Assembly: GCA_002269645.1 (NCBI GenBank)
Contig: NIVC01002086.1
Coordinates: forward strand, 62,001 to 126,000
Reading direction: 5' to 3'
Length of the DNA: 64,000 nt
From: Macrostomum lignano
Taxonomy: Eukaryota
Below the pieces are notes generated by a model. The model had not been told where the DNA came from and made no database searches. It was given only the letters and a program-made list of their open reading frames with translations. Positions 24,751 to 38,505 of the stretch are shown piece after piece (position 1 is the first letter of the stretch; each line of letters opens with the position of its first letter). The position numbers were made by a program, and so were the translations under genes.

Positions 24751-27159
24751 TTCTTATTAGTTAATGAAAGTATTATCGCTTAATATTAATTATTATTATT
24801 ATTAACTAAGTATTAAAATAATATTTAGCAGGCAGGTAATAATTATTATTGTGCAATCAAAATGATTTGACCAGCAGAGCCGGAGTAAGGTAGATGAACA
24901 AACTAAAAATATAACAAAAACACAAGAATAAAAAGAGAGTGAGTGCAAGAGAGAGAGAGAGAGCGAGAGAATTAGCAGTGCTTGAAACATGCAATATAAA
25001 TAGTTAGTATAAGTTCCAACTACAGGGGCGAAACTTGGATGGGTAGCTAGGCAGCTGGTTGGGCAAGGGAGTGGGCACAAGGTTGAGCAAAGGCAGTTTT
25101 ATGCAAAAATTAAAAGAAAAAAGATAACAAACAAGAGTGGGGAAACATGGATTCATAGGTGGGACAAATTAGAGGAACAATAATTGGGACAAAGGACAAC
25201 ATACGCCATACAGGAAAGTGACTAAATAAACAACTATTGGAAAAAATATGCAAAAATTTCTGGGAGTTGGGGCATGTAATTAAATTCATAGAAACTTAGT
25301 AGATTGAATGCAAAAAATATTAAAGTAATTACAAAAAATCGAAGTGGCAACCCGATTGCCACCTGCGCGGGGATGCCTTACAAAGAAAAAAAAGTCTGCA
25401 AAACCTTGCACTTTCCACATCAGTAGCGCCCATGGCTGGCAGGGGCTTGGCCACCACGTGTCGCAGGCTGGTCACTGTGGTTGCCGTCACCATTTCGGCG
25501 CTGGTGCGGGGGCCAGGCAGCTTCAGGCGGTTGGTCTGGAGCATTGGCAGAATTCTTGGCTTCGGCTGGCTGATCAGGAGCAGCAACCTAGCTGGCAACA
25601 CATGTGCTACAAAAAAACCTTTCTAGCCTGGGGGAGATGCCTCGGCGCACCGCCGCGTGCTTGATGGATAGAGCAACAAGGCAGCAGGTTGGGCCAACCT
25701 GCAGTCCTGGCTCATCCTTCGGCTAGGGCAGCTGCTTACAGAGTAAAATGCCAGGCGAAACTGGACTAGTTCCGGCAGTTGTTCACTTGCCGGGTGCCCA
25801 GACTGCTCTTAACTTCCCAGCTGAGCAGTTCCGCTAGGAGCTGCAAAGGCTCCGGGTTGGTAGTGGGTGGCAGCTGGGCCTCCTGCGGTGGCTGAGCAGC
25901 GAGCAGCTCTGGACTGATGTTGTCATACCAGCCGGCCGGCGGTGGGGGCAGCGCATCATGGTCGGGCTCCAAGAGTTGGACAATGTCTAACTTGGCAACC
26001 TCCAGTGTCTGGGCTGCCCTTACCGCGTATATATCCATTTAACTAGGCGTCAGGGCTTGGCGGTGGCGCTGGAGGCTCTACTTTGGCAATCCTCTCAGGC
26101 TCATTCTCGCTTTCTTCTAGAAGATCTAATAGAGATGGACTAACAGCGGGGGCGGCGCCTCCCCACATTGGATTGGGCTCCATAAACACAAAATTGAAAT
26201 TGAAATGGTCGCAAGCAAAATAACAGTGCAATCGGAAATACAACATAAAGAACAAACAGTGTAAGAGTGAGGCTTAAATAGCCCGGCACCCAACCAACAG
26301 TTGAAAAAGGAGAGGGCGGCTCAACTGTGGGAGCTAGCTAGCACTTCTCATGCACTCTATGGTGGGCACGCACAGAGATGGGGTAGGCACATGAAAACAA
26401 GAGGTAATAAAACAGATAACCGCGCAACAGGGGTCCGGGACCAAATGAATCAGATGGGATGCCTTGAATGGCTCACATCAAGCAGGTTGGCGGTTAGGAA
26501 ACTAAAAATCATATAAACAGAAGGTTTAAATAGAATAATAGAAATAATAGTAAGTTAGCGACCACTTTAACATATGCGGGGGCTCTATAAAGAGTTACAA
26601 TGCACAGGGCAGACAAATGGCACTGGGGAGAGGAGCCAAACTGGCAGCCCTCACAAGTTCCCAGGCTCTAGCAAAATCAGAACAAAGAAAAGAAAAGGGG
26701 AGTCCTTGAATGCCTTCTGCTGAGGGCAAGGCTTGGATCCGAGGCGGCTGGACCTAAGTGGGGCACAAGACAGTTTGGCCCTTAGACAGTAGGCTAGCAA
26801 ACTGGAAAGAGATACCTTCAGTCTGAATCAAACTGGAAGGTTTACAAGTTAGTTGCTTTTCTCCGGAAAGAAAAGGGAAAACAGGGATACTTTCCGCACT
26901 TCGATAGTGTGCAAGGAAAGTTTACAATAAACTGGGATTTGCAAAATCAGATGAAATGCAAAATACTATATTGCATTGATTAAATATTGACGCGTTGAAT
27001 AAATATCAATTGCATGAGTGCATGCTTTTCCCAGAAAGCATAAGGTTAAATAATGAGCGCGAGAGTGTTTGTATAAGTATTGCATTGGATATAGTTAATG
27101 GCACACTGTACATGAGCGCTGGTCAGTTCAAAATATGTTGATTTAGCCGGAAAGCCTAA

Positions 27160-27290
27160 GGAAAAGTATAGGTTGGCTGCTTTTCACCCTCAAGCATAAG
27201 GAAAGTACAAAATTGACTGCTTTTGACCCTCAAGCATTAAGGAAAAGTACAAAATTGACTGCTTTTGACCCTCAAGCATAAGGAAATTTG
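27160..27290 (+). repeat. About 43-bp tandem triplication (aaggaaaagtacaaaattgactgcttttgaccctcaagcat)
   Basis: Direct reading. Confidence 0.8.
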
Positions 27291-27855
27291 AACGAAAAAT
27301 ACAGCCAATTGAACCGCAAAACTAACATCCTGAAATTTGATTTAGGATGCAAAAAGCACACTAGAATTTTTTGCAAGGATGTGATGCAGATTTCACAATT
27401 TAGTGTTATAAGAGATCAAACAATTAAGTTAAGCGTTTGGAATTTGGATCATCATTGGATGGTTTAGATGGACAAAAACTTTGAAGCACACTATTAGTGT
27501 TGGACCAGTTTTTGTCTGCAGCAGTGCAGCGCATCCTGGTCTTAAAAATCGCACCCTGAAATCTAGCACAGAGTGCAAAATCGCACCCAAGTTATGGATG
27601 AAAAAACGCAGATTGAAGAGTTAGGCCTAAAAATGCATGCCAAAAAAATTTAGTCGGACATGCCTGCACTCTCAAATCTAGACTAGTATTGCAACAATAA
27701 TTTAAGACCTTTTCTGCATTGCATTAGTAAATGACCATTTTTGTATATTGTAAAGAACCCTTTTGGCTAATAATTGGGTTCATTATTTAGATACTTTAAT
27801 ATATTATTATATTGATGAAAATTTATACACAAACTTTTTTCAAATATTAATATTA

Positions 27856-28904
27856 GGCAGTTGTTATTTGTCCAGTGACTAGACAAATAGCAATGTGATT
27901 GTTTGTCTAGTTAGTGGATAATAGCCATCTTTCTCTATTCATCTAGTTAATACTAGACAAATAGGCATTTTGTTATTTGTCCAATTAAATTGATATCTTG
28001 TTTTACAGAAACTACAAGGGTGAATATTCCTGGACTTTAAAGGCTCCTACTTGTATCTTGATTATTATGTTATACTAGTGTATGTCTTGTGTTCCAAATT
28101 ATGCCAAATTGTATACACATTACACAAATCTGTTGTACTAGTATATGTCATAGTGGTGTTCCTGTATGATACAAAATCCCACTGCTGCCACCAAAGTTGT
28201 TATAGGGCTAACTTCTGTCCTCCAATAATCCCACTAATTGCCACCAAGTTGTAATAGGTTTTTAATTTCTTTCTATTAAATTTCTACTGCTAACACTAGA
28301 TTTTTGCCTTAATGTTTCTAACTGTTTCTTAGAATCTCATATATTTCTAGGTAGCATTCTTGTAGTGTTCTGGTAGCATTCTTAGTATATTGTCTAGTAG
28401 CATTCTTAGTATATGGCCTGAGCAGTCATACTGGTGTATGTACTTTCTCTCTTTCCAGTCTGGGCGTTATCAAGATTAGAGGGTCACAGTGATTACTCTT
28501 AGTTCTACTTTTGCATGAACTCTTAATTTCTGACTTTCAACCTTCTCTGCAACACTCTTTAGAAATTAAGCAATGATCTGAGAATGATTTATTGAACACG
28601 TTTTGAGCTTATAGATAGCAAACAAGTGTTATCTTTTCCTTCCTACAATTCTCTTCCTTTTATACTACTTGATCGTGTGTATATTAAACAAATTCTTACA
28701 AGTTGTAAAATATTCTGAGTATTAAAACAACAAATATAAAATTTTATGCTAATTTGAAAAACAAGTTTATAAGAAATAAAGGTACTGCTACCACATTTAT
28801 AACAAAATATTCATCACTAAACAAATAGATACTTATGTTAGCAATTTAACTGGACAGATAGCAAAAAGGCTATTTGTCTAGTCATTGGACAAATAACAAT
28901 TGCC
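27856..28904. mobile_element. 1049-bp non-autonomous DNA transposon, GGC termini and TTA TSD (PIF/Harbinger- or Zator-like)
   Basis: 36-bp TIR GGCA(G/A)TTGTTATTTGTCCA(G/A)TGACTAGACAAATAGC, 34/36 match. TTA at 27853-27855 and 28905-28907. Confidence 0.88.
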
Positions 28905-31800
28905 TTAATATTATTATAATATTAATGTGCTTAAAACATAGAAAGCTGGAAATGTATATCTTACTAGGCTTAAAATATGAATATTTTCAATCTTTTTTTT
29001 ACTTAACTCTTACTTTTCCTTATGATTCTGATTCTATGAAATGCATACTAAGTGTGCATACACACTATTTTCTTAAGAATAAGTCATATATGCCAACTAT
29101 GAACTATGCATATCTAAATTTAGGCTAGGCCTAATGCATGTCTAAAGTTTTGGGCATATATTATATATTCTAGAATGTGGGACCCCTACCACATTTTAAC
29201 TGTTGCAATTAGGCAGTTGACAAAGGCAAAGGGGGTACCAATTGTTGTCTACTAATAGTCTGCTGGCCAAATGTTGTTGAGGATATGGAGTGAGATAGGA
29301 AGTGCTCACCAACCTCTTAATATTATTAAAAAAATTGCTATAGGCCTAGGCTAGTATAAAAATATTGGTCTCTATTGAAAATGACAAATATATCAGTAGG
29401 CTATTGGAGAAAAAGGTTTTAGAAAGACTAAGGATAAATTATTTGCACAAAATTCTAGATATATTTTGTGCAATCTGAAAAAAAAACTTGCACACTTATA
29501 TACACTTTTTGTAACAATCTTGTGTGACACAAAAATACATATCTTCATGCTGTCTATAGACTGGTCTAACTTGCTTACTAGCCCTATCCAATGCTTGCTA
29601 TTGATATTGATAGGCTTAAAGAACACTATCCTTCTTCTTTATCCCTAGTAGATACTTTGTGTTCTGATTTGCTATATTTTTATTATCCATAGCTATTTTG
29701 CTTGTACTTACTTTGGAAATGCAATTTTTCAAATTTATCTTTTGTTGTTCAAGCAGAAACTGCATTTCTTTTCCATTTAGGGAAAAATGTGGGACTGTAT
29801 ATCTGCCTCTTTCTCTCTCTCTCTCTGCTAAGTGCAAGCAACCCTTTGAATTATTTTTCATGCCTGCCTAGCACCATATTGCGCCATTGACTTTTCTACA
29901 GCCCCTAGGGCCTACCCATATTTTCTTCTATTCAATAGACAAATAAATTGGAAACCGTTAAAGGGACCAGACCAGATCTACTTAGCTTATATATTAAACA
30001 ACTGTATGTATATCTAATCTTGTCAATATAAATATAATATCTGAGTTCTACCAAAGACAAGGTGCAAAAAGTGCCTAAAATTAGATGCAATTTCTCTTAC
30101 CTTATTTTTAAAAACTTGGAATATAGAAAACTATAGACATGTCTATTTATCTTTTTTTGTATCCAAAGAATGCCTTGGTCTCTTGTTTTATTTTCCCTTT
30201 CTAGATCTTATTAAAAGGCTATGCAAATAACGCTTAAATTTAAAAGAGAAATAGGTTAACACCATATCTAAACTGTATCTACTTTTTTATTTCAAGGTAC
30301 AATTTCAAAATTAAGGTTGTATGTAGCTTGTATATACATTTAGTGCATAAAGAACCTAATAGGCCCCTCCAGGCCATAGTTAGAATCATGGCATGTATGC
30401 CTTAGAATATATTTAAGATCACAGAAAAACTTGTTTCAATGCCCTAATTCCTTAAAGCTCAGCCTTAAAATTTGCTTTGATATCTAGAAATAATATATGT
30501 AAGGCTAATATCATTAAAAATTGAATTTTTAAAAAAAATAGAACTAGATACCTTTAAATATTCAATTTCCAAATGTGAAAATTTTGGAACACATTTAGCC
30601 TAGTCACAATTTCTACCTTAAGGTCCAATTTATTTATTCATTCAATTTTTATCTAGATCCACATTGCAGGATTAGCCAACAAATAGGCAACATGGCTTTA
30701 GTGCAGTCAACTACTTTGTTGCTTCTTATCCTATCCTGTCCCTGACCTAGCCTTACTTGACTCTGACTTTGCCAAGTATGACAATCATATACCTAGATAG
30801 ATAGATAGATACCTACCAACAAACCATTTTTAGTATATAGATTGAAGCTGATAAAAATTAAATCTCAAATTTTGCATGATACTACTTCTAATACATGCAT
30901 GTACATTTATATTTGAACTATTAGATTAACTACACCAACTTGTCTCAGGCTCTACTTTTCAGATAAAGTCAACTTTTTTGCAAGTTGACAAGCTAGTGGG
31001 GGCCAAAGTTACTAGAATCCCCTTGACCAACTCCTGCCCTATCTTGCCCTAAATTTTCAGTGAAAAATCCATTTTCCTGACTATGGAATATAGATATAGC
31101 ACATAGATGTAACTTTAGCATTAATTAATTAACTAGTGACATGTACTAATCCTCTTAATTTTAATTAGTAGACACATGCATATATGTCTGACAATCTGAC
31201 ATGTTTCGATGCATTGCATTTGATTTATTGAATATTATAATGTTTCACCTCTAAACCATAGATGTTTTGCATATAGACCTTTTTTGTGTGGGCCATTTTT
31301 AGTCTAATATTTTTTGGCTTTGAACAAGTTAACTTAATTATAGTATATACATAACCTATAATGTTACACTGACTATGCCACTTTAAAAGCAAGTTAGTTT
31401 TGTAACTTTAGTGATGATTTTTGCTAGTTAAATTGGCTGAGTTGGCTCACAGTTATGCATGTAGGATGTAGTTATCAATGTAATTAGAAAATGATCTATA
31501 GTTTAAATTTAGCCTTTTCTTTAATTTATTTTTATTGCCCAATATTTTTTAGTTTCATCATTCATTCCAGTCTTTACAAACAGTAATAAGATAGAAGATA
31601 AACTATATTGTTATAAAAGGACAGTCACTTTATACAATAAGTGTCTTAAGCTGAAAAGATAAATTATGCTGAGCCTCTATGATAAGGTTGTTATTAAGTT
31701 CCAATGTTCCATTTATAACAAGAAAAAAACTATCCATCCATTTTTATTTGTTCTATTTACTTTCTAGAACATACCCTGTGACATTTATTTCAGAATTCAG

Positions 31801-34800
31801 ATGAGCATTCTTGTTCTAACCTTTCTTGGAGTATTGTGTAAGTTTGCTGTTTTCACGAGGCTTCAACTTATTAACTAAAACATTGAACAGTTACTTCAAG
31901 AGCCTGAAATATCAATAAGTGCCTTTATTTAACTATGCAGTGCCCGTAGCAACTGTTACTGCTGTGTTCTTTTTGCCGCGACCAACAAATGTTCGCTTTC
32001 ACACTAATGCTGGCAGTTCAAATCAGCACTTTGGCTTCTTAGTTATTGAACTGTCAGATGGCACATCCGGTCCGGTGTGCAACCTTGGCAAATTTGATTT
32101 GCACGCTACTCGTCTGGCCTGCGTACTAATGGGATTTAATGCCTCCCTGAACGTTGCTCAACTATCCGCCTCTGAGTCTGAGCCTCCTGCAGCCTCTCCT
32201 GTTATTGCGATTAGGGACTGCGACGATTTTAATGTGAGCTGCTGTGGCTGAGTATCGGGTAGGGAAGGTTGATGATAGTAGCTGAGGCATCTGGTAGAGT
32301 AGATTGATGGTAGTAGCTGAGCACCTGGTAGAGTAGATTGATGATAGTAGCTATGCACCTGGTAGAGTAGATTGATGGTAGTAGCTATGCACCTGGTAGA
32401 GTAGATCGATAATAGTAGCTAATGAATCTGATAGAGTAGATTGATGATAGTAGCTAAGTATCTGGTAGGGTAGATTGATTATAGTAGCTAATGAATCCGA
32501 TAGAGTAGATTGATGATAGTAGCTGAGTTTCCGGTAGAGTAGATTTATGATAGTAGCTGAGTTTCCGGTAGAGTAGATTGATGATAGTAGCTAATGAATC
32601 CGGTATGTAGATTGATGATAGTAGCTGAGTATCCGGTAGAGTAGATTGATGATAGTAGCTAATGAATCCGGTAGAGTAGATTGATGATAGTAGCTAATGA
32701 ACCCGGTAGAGTAGATTGATGATAGTAGCTGAGATTCTGATAAGTGCTAGGATGCCTTTGCATATTTACATGTAAGCCTACTAATAGTAGTTTACTTGCA
32801 TTTCTCCGCCCCACAGTTGAACATACGAAGCACCTGGGATCTATCGATCGCTTGTAAATACGTGATTGGCCGAGATATACCCAGCCAATGCCGCAGGCCG
32901 GAGAACCTGGTGCAGATCAGCTGTCACAGCGGCTCAGGGCTGCCTACTTCACCTGCAACAACATCGCCTGTGCCTGTAATTCCACCCGTAGTCCCTAACG
33001 GTGGCGTCAGTCGTTGCGCTGACATTGGCAGCTCAATGTACGGCCATCGGTCTGTTGAATTGCGCAGAAACCGCCCGCTACTCGATGGGCGAAGCGTTTG
33101 CGCAGATCAGTTCGGTGTAGCGGAGGCGCATGCGTTCTGCTCCGCTCTGTGCTATGGGTGAGGTCGAAGTATCTGCTTTTCTGCTTCTCTGTCACTAGGT
33201 CATTTTGAATAGCCCTTAGGACACATGAGAATCGCCTTTAGGACACATTGAGAATCGCCCTTAGGACACATTGAGAATCGCCCTTAGGACACATTGAGAA
33301 TCGCCCGTAGGACACATTTAGAATCGCCCAAAGGACATTAAAGAATCACCCATAGGTCACATTTATAATCGCTCATAGGACACATTGAGAATCGCCCATA
33401 GGACACATTGATTATCGCCCTTAGGCCTTAGTACACATTCAGATTCGCCCTGAGAATAGCCCCTTTTCAACCACCAGATGAACTCCACCTCAGTGGCAGC
33501 TAAAGTACACTCACTAGTCATGCACTTTTCCAGTTCGTTCATCGGCCTACCCAGCCGTCTACCAGCCAGCACTAGCGATGCCAGAACAGATGGCATTGTA
33601 CTGACCTGCAGCAGAAGCAACGGTGCTATTGCCTCTCCTGGCAACTGGCTTGACAACTGTACAACTGTTAGTGCTCCTAGTACCAGCGGCGGTTGCAAAT
33701 CCGGTTTAGCCCGGCTGGAATGTCTGCCACAAGGCGACACTGTTAACAAGAGACCAAACGCTACGGTTGAGTGCAGCGATCGGGCATTTCGTGTGGCTTT
33801 TAAATTGTCTGACGGTGTGACTACGGCTGATCGGCTGACTTTGGAGTCATCTGGTGTGCACCCTGCGGCCAATTGCAGCGGAGCTGCTCGCGGCGCCAAT
33901 GCTACTCACGTATGGCTGGATGTAAGCATTTCTTGTCTAGTGTCAGTCTAGCAATCCCTCCTCTCCCCACACAGAATCCCTCCTCACCCCACACAGATTC
34001 GCCCCTCACCCCACACAGAATCCCCCCTCACACCACACAGAATCCCCCCACACCACACAGATTCGCCCCTCACCCCACACAGAATCCCCCCTCACACCAC
34101 ACAGAATCCCCCCACACCACACAGAATCCCCCCTCACACCACACAGAATCGCTCTTCACCCCACACAGAATCGCCCTTCACCCCACACAGAATCGCCCTT
34201 CACCCCACACAGAATCGCCCCTCACACCACACAGAATCCCCCCACACCACACAGAATCGCCCTTCACCCCACACAGAATCGCCTCTCACATCACACAGAA
34301 TCGCCTTTCACCCCACACAGAATCGCCCCTCACACCACACAGAATCGCCCTTCACCCCACACAGAATCGCCCCACACAGAATCGCCCCTCACCCCACACA
34401 GAATCGCCCCTCACACCACACAGAATCGCCCCTCACCCCACACAAAATCGCCCCTCACCCCACACAGAATCGCCCCTCACCCCACACAGAATCGCCCCTC
34501 ACACCACACAGAATCCCCCCACACCACACAGAATCCCCCCACACCACACAGAATCGCCCTTCACCCCACACAGAATCGCCTCTCACATCACACAGAATCG
34601 CCTTTCACCCCACACAGAATCGCCCCTCACACCACACAGAATCGCCCTTCACCCCACACAGAATCGCCCCTCACCCCACACAGAATCGCCCCTCACACCA
34701 CACAGAATCGCCCCTCACCCCACACAAAATCGCCCCTCACCCCACACAGAATCGCCCCTCACACCACACAGAATCGCCCCTCACCCCACACAAAATCGCC

Positions 34801-35791
34801 CCTCACCCCACACAGAATCGCCCCTCACCCCACACAGAATCGCCCCTCACACCACACAGAATCCCCCCACACCACACAGAATCGCCCTTCACCCCACACA
34901 GAATCGCCCCTCACCCCACACACTCCCTCCTCCCCGCAGCTGCCCTACACGGAGTGCAACGTCAGCCAAGGCTACAACAGCTCTCACCAGTTGTACCGCA
35001 TGGAACTCCGCCTATTGCCAGCTTCGTCAATCTCAAACTCAGCTTCATCTGCCCCGGTATACACGGATATCCCATTAAGATATCCCATCCTGTGCGTTCT
35101 GCCCAGTCGGGACAGCCTCGCTGCTCCGGCTGTAGCCGTGGCCTCAATTCCAATGTCCGAATCTGCTGGCCAAGCAAAATTCCTCACGGATATTGGTTTA
35201 TTTGCTCGATTATCCCTATCGGCCGACGGTCGCGGGTTCGAATTCCAACAGCCGTTGAACGAGCATCGTCAATCGGCTGTACAGTTGGGCCAACCAATAT
35301 TTGCCCGGATTCGACTGTTAAATGTTGACGATTCGTTGTCTGTGCGACTGCAACTATTGGAATGTTGGGCTACTGATCGGCCTGATAGTGGCTCACTGCC
35401 GCGCTACGACCTGCTGGTCAACCGGTGCCCAACAGCCAATGTTCGACTAATTGACGTCTCGGATCGGATTGTAGGCCTGCAGTTTCTAGCGTTTCGTTTC
35501 AATACAGCTGACGCATCTGGCAAGCTCTACGTGCATTGCAATCGAAGCGTTTGCAATCGATCCGACGCTATCGGCTGTCGTGGCTGCGACTCCTCTACTG
35601 GCGCCGTTTTGTTGGCGCGTCAGCGGCGCGCCGCCATCAGCAGCGTCAGGTTGACTGCGGCAGATTTGTCCGCCGGAACTGTCCGCGTCCTGACCAGTGG
35701 CGCCGCTATGATTGGCCTCGGTTCTAATCTGATTTTCTATTATTTTTTGTCGGTGCTTATTATGCTACTGACTAGCCAGCTTTGTCAGTAG
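31801..35791 (+). CDS. Signal peptide + two divergent SRCR-like modules + ZP domain + furin site + hydrophobic C-terminus, 636 aa; exons 31801..31837, 31941..32233, 32817..33157, 33534..33921, 34940..35791
   Basis: GT-AG exons with phases 1,0,2,0 total 1911 nt. Hydrophobic N-terminus MSILVLTFLGVLLPVATVTA; SRCR-like GPVCNLGKFDLHATRLACVLMGF and SVCADQFGVAEAHAFCSALCYG; ZP-C LLECWAT...YDLLVNRCP...FLAFRF...LYVHCNRSVC; then RQRR and a hydrophobic tail. The exon-4 acceptor was chosen on phase. Confidence 0.85.
32270..32740 (+). repeat. About 34-bp minisatellite (gtagagtagattgatgatagtagctgagtatccg) in ZP-gene intron 2
   Basis: Direct reading. Confidence 0.9.
33215..33455 (+). repeat. About 23-bp minisatellite (ttgagaatcgcccttaggacaca) in ZP-gene intron 3
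   Basis: Direct reading. Confidence 0.85.
33960..34920 (+). repeat. About 22-bp minisatellite (cacagaatcgcccctcacccca) filling ZP-gene intron 4
   Basis: Direct reading; source of the 401-aa P/H/T-rich spurious ORF. Confidence 0.93.
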
Positions 35792-36811
35792 TGCAGTTTG
35801 AGTATTTTGTTTATTTGGCTCACACATACTAAAATTACTAAGACCAGCGAATACTTAAATAGGAGGACGAGGTTAAGAATGAATGAATTTTCGAATCTGA
35901 AGCGGTCTGAAGTCAGTAAAGCGGGATGAAAATGCTAATCTAATGTGTCTGCTTGTGGAAAGCCAGAAGCGAATAAAAAGTAGATTGCGCTTTTTGCGAA
36001 TGGCATATCTAGTACTCATTCTTGTATCTGTGCTTTGGTGTAAACTTTTTTTTAAAATACTGAATCAAGTATCTACTTTCTGTCTCCTCCGTACCAGTAG
36101 TGTAATTAGGAACTTCATCTGTTGTAAAATTGAGAAGCATTAATCGCCCTTAAAACCGTTACCTACCTACCTATTAACTTATTTTCGGTCATTATTATGC
36201 TACTGACTGGCCGTCTTTGTCAGTAGTGCAGCTCAAAAGTTTTGTAAGGATCTACATTTTTTATAATTTAAAATAATTACGTTGCTTTTATTAAGCTGTA
36301 ATCAAAGTATGCTAATTCTCATGCATTAAATACTGCTGCCTGTCTTCCACGCGTTAGTACTTTAGTTCGTTTTTTTATCGATTTCGCATTAAGGAAGCTT
36401 CGCAAACTGTATTGAACCTTTTTATAACGTTTTTTGATCGCAATTTTTATCAGCTTACTATAAACTAAAGTTTTGTGCAATACTTTTAACTATACAATAT
36501 TCGCTTTTCAAAAAATTGTACTTTTCTACGGTTTTGCATTAGCAGTCTGCATTAAATAGTGTTCTGATCTCAAATATAAAAATAGTATTCAAATTCCGTA
36601 ATTCTGACTTATATATTTTACGATTGTAATCGCAAAAAATACTTCACCTTGTTTGTTTAAATAAAATATTTGGCTACACTTTTATATAACAAAACCGATT
36701 TATCTGGGTCAACATTGCGTGTCCACCATAGCTACTATTAATTTGGAAATGCCATTCACGCCTCCATATTTATTCGCTCTTTTAACGTAAAATAAGCTTT
36801 TGTAGTCCTAT

Positions 36812-36947
36812 AGATAGACAGACAGATAGATAGACAGATATTAGATAGACAGATAGATAGATAGATAGATAGACAGACAGATAGATAGACAGACAGATAG
36901 ATAGACAGATATTAGATAGACAGATAGATAGATAGATAGATAGATAT

Positions 36948-36978
<31 letters not shown>

Positions 36979-37032
36979 TTAGATAGATAGATAGATAGAC
37001 AGATAGATAGATAGATAGATAGATAGACAGAC

Positions 37033-37083
<51 letters not shown>

Positions 37084-37192
37084 CAGATATTAGATAGACA
37101 GATAGATAGATAGATAGATAGACAGACAGATAGATAGACAGATAGATAGATAGATAGATAGATATTAGATAGATAGATAGATAGATAGATAT

Positions 37193-37231
<39 letters not shown>

Positions 37232-37253
37232 TTAGATAGATAGATAGATAGAC

Positions 37254-37288
<35 letters not shown>

Positions 37289-37293
37289 CAGAC

Positions 37294-37336
<43 letters not shown>

Positions 37337-37380
37337 CAGATATTAGATAGACATATAGATAGATAGATAGATAGACAGAC

Positions 37381-37431
<51 letters not shown>

Positions 37432-37540
37432 CAGATATTAGATAGACAGATAGATAGATAGATAGATAGACAGACAGATAGATAGACAGATAGATAGATA
37501 GATAGATAGATATTAGATAGATAGATAGATAGATAGATAT

Positions 37541-37575
<35 letters not shown>

Positions 37576-37699
37576 TTAGATAGATAGATAGATAGACAGA
37601 TAGATAGACAGATAGATAGATAGATAGATAGACAGACAGATAGATAGATAGATAGACAGACAGATAGATAGACAGATAGATAGATAGATAGATAGATAT

Positions 37700-37761
<62 letters not shown>

Positions 37762-37798
37762 TTAGATAGATAGATAGATAGACAGATATTAGATAGAC

Positions 37799-37833
<35 letters not shown>

Positions 37834-37881
37834 CAGACAGATAGATAGACAGACAGATAGATAGACAGATATTAGATAGAC

Positions 37882-37920
<39 letters not shown>

Positions 37921-37984
37921 CAGACAGATAGATAGACAGACAGATAGATAGACAGATATTAGATAGACAGATAGATAGATAGAT

Positions 37985-38029
<45 letters not shown>

Positions 38030-38059
38030 TATATTAGATAGATAGATAGATAGATAGAC

Positions 38060-38156
<97 letters not shown>

Positions 38157-38157
38157 T
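36812..38157 (+). repeat. 1.35-kb (GATA)n/(GACA)n microsatellite
   Basis: Direct reading. Confidence 0.98.
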
Positions 38158-38324
38158 CTCCTGGACAAAAGATATTGCCGTTATTTGGACTTGGACTTCA
38201 AGCAAGAAGTTTCATGTCACAGGAAATTGAATTACTAAGCCGGCACTTCAGCAAAATCTGCATGTTTAACTGTCATGTGATATCTAATTGATAAGGCCTT
38301 CTAGATTGTGGATTTTCCTGTTAA

Positions 38325-38505
38325 TGGTGAGCTTCCAGTTTATGGGGTGTTTCCAGTTTATGGGGTGTTTCCAGTTTATGGGGTGTTTCCAGTTTATCGG
38401 GAGTTTCCAGTTTATGGGCAGTTTCCAGTTTATGGGCAGTTTCCAGTTTATGGGCAGTTTCTAGTTTATGGGCAGTTTCTAGTTTATGGGAAGATTCCCG
38501 TTTAT
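38325..38505 (+). repeat. 18-bp minisatellite (ttccagtttatggggtgt)
   Basis: Direct reading, about 10 units. Confidence 0.9.

Noticed and set aside
33478-33533. Acceptor at 33477 as the start of ZP exon 4
   Set aside because: Phase-incompatible with the exon-3 donor; the AG at 33532-33533 fits.
33873-35078. 401-aa P/H/T-rich ORF
   Set aside because: Runs through the intron-4 minisatellite of the ZP gene in a different frame from the real exons.
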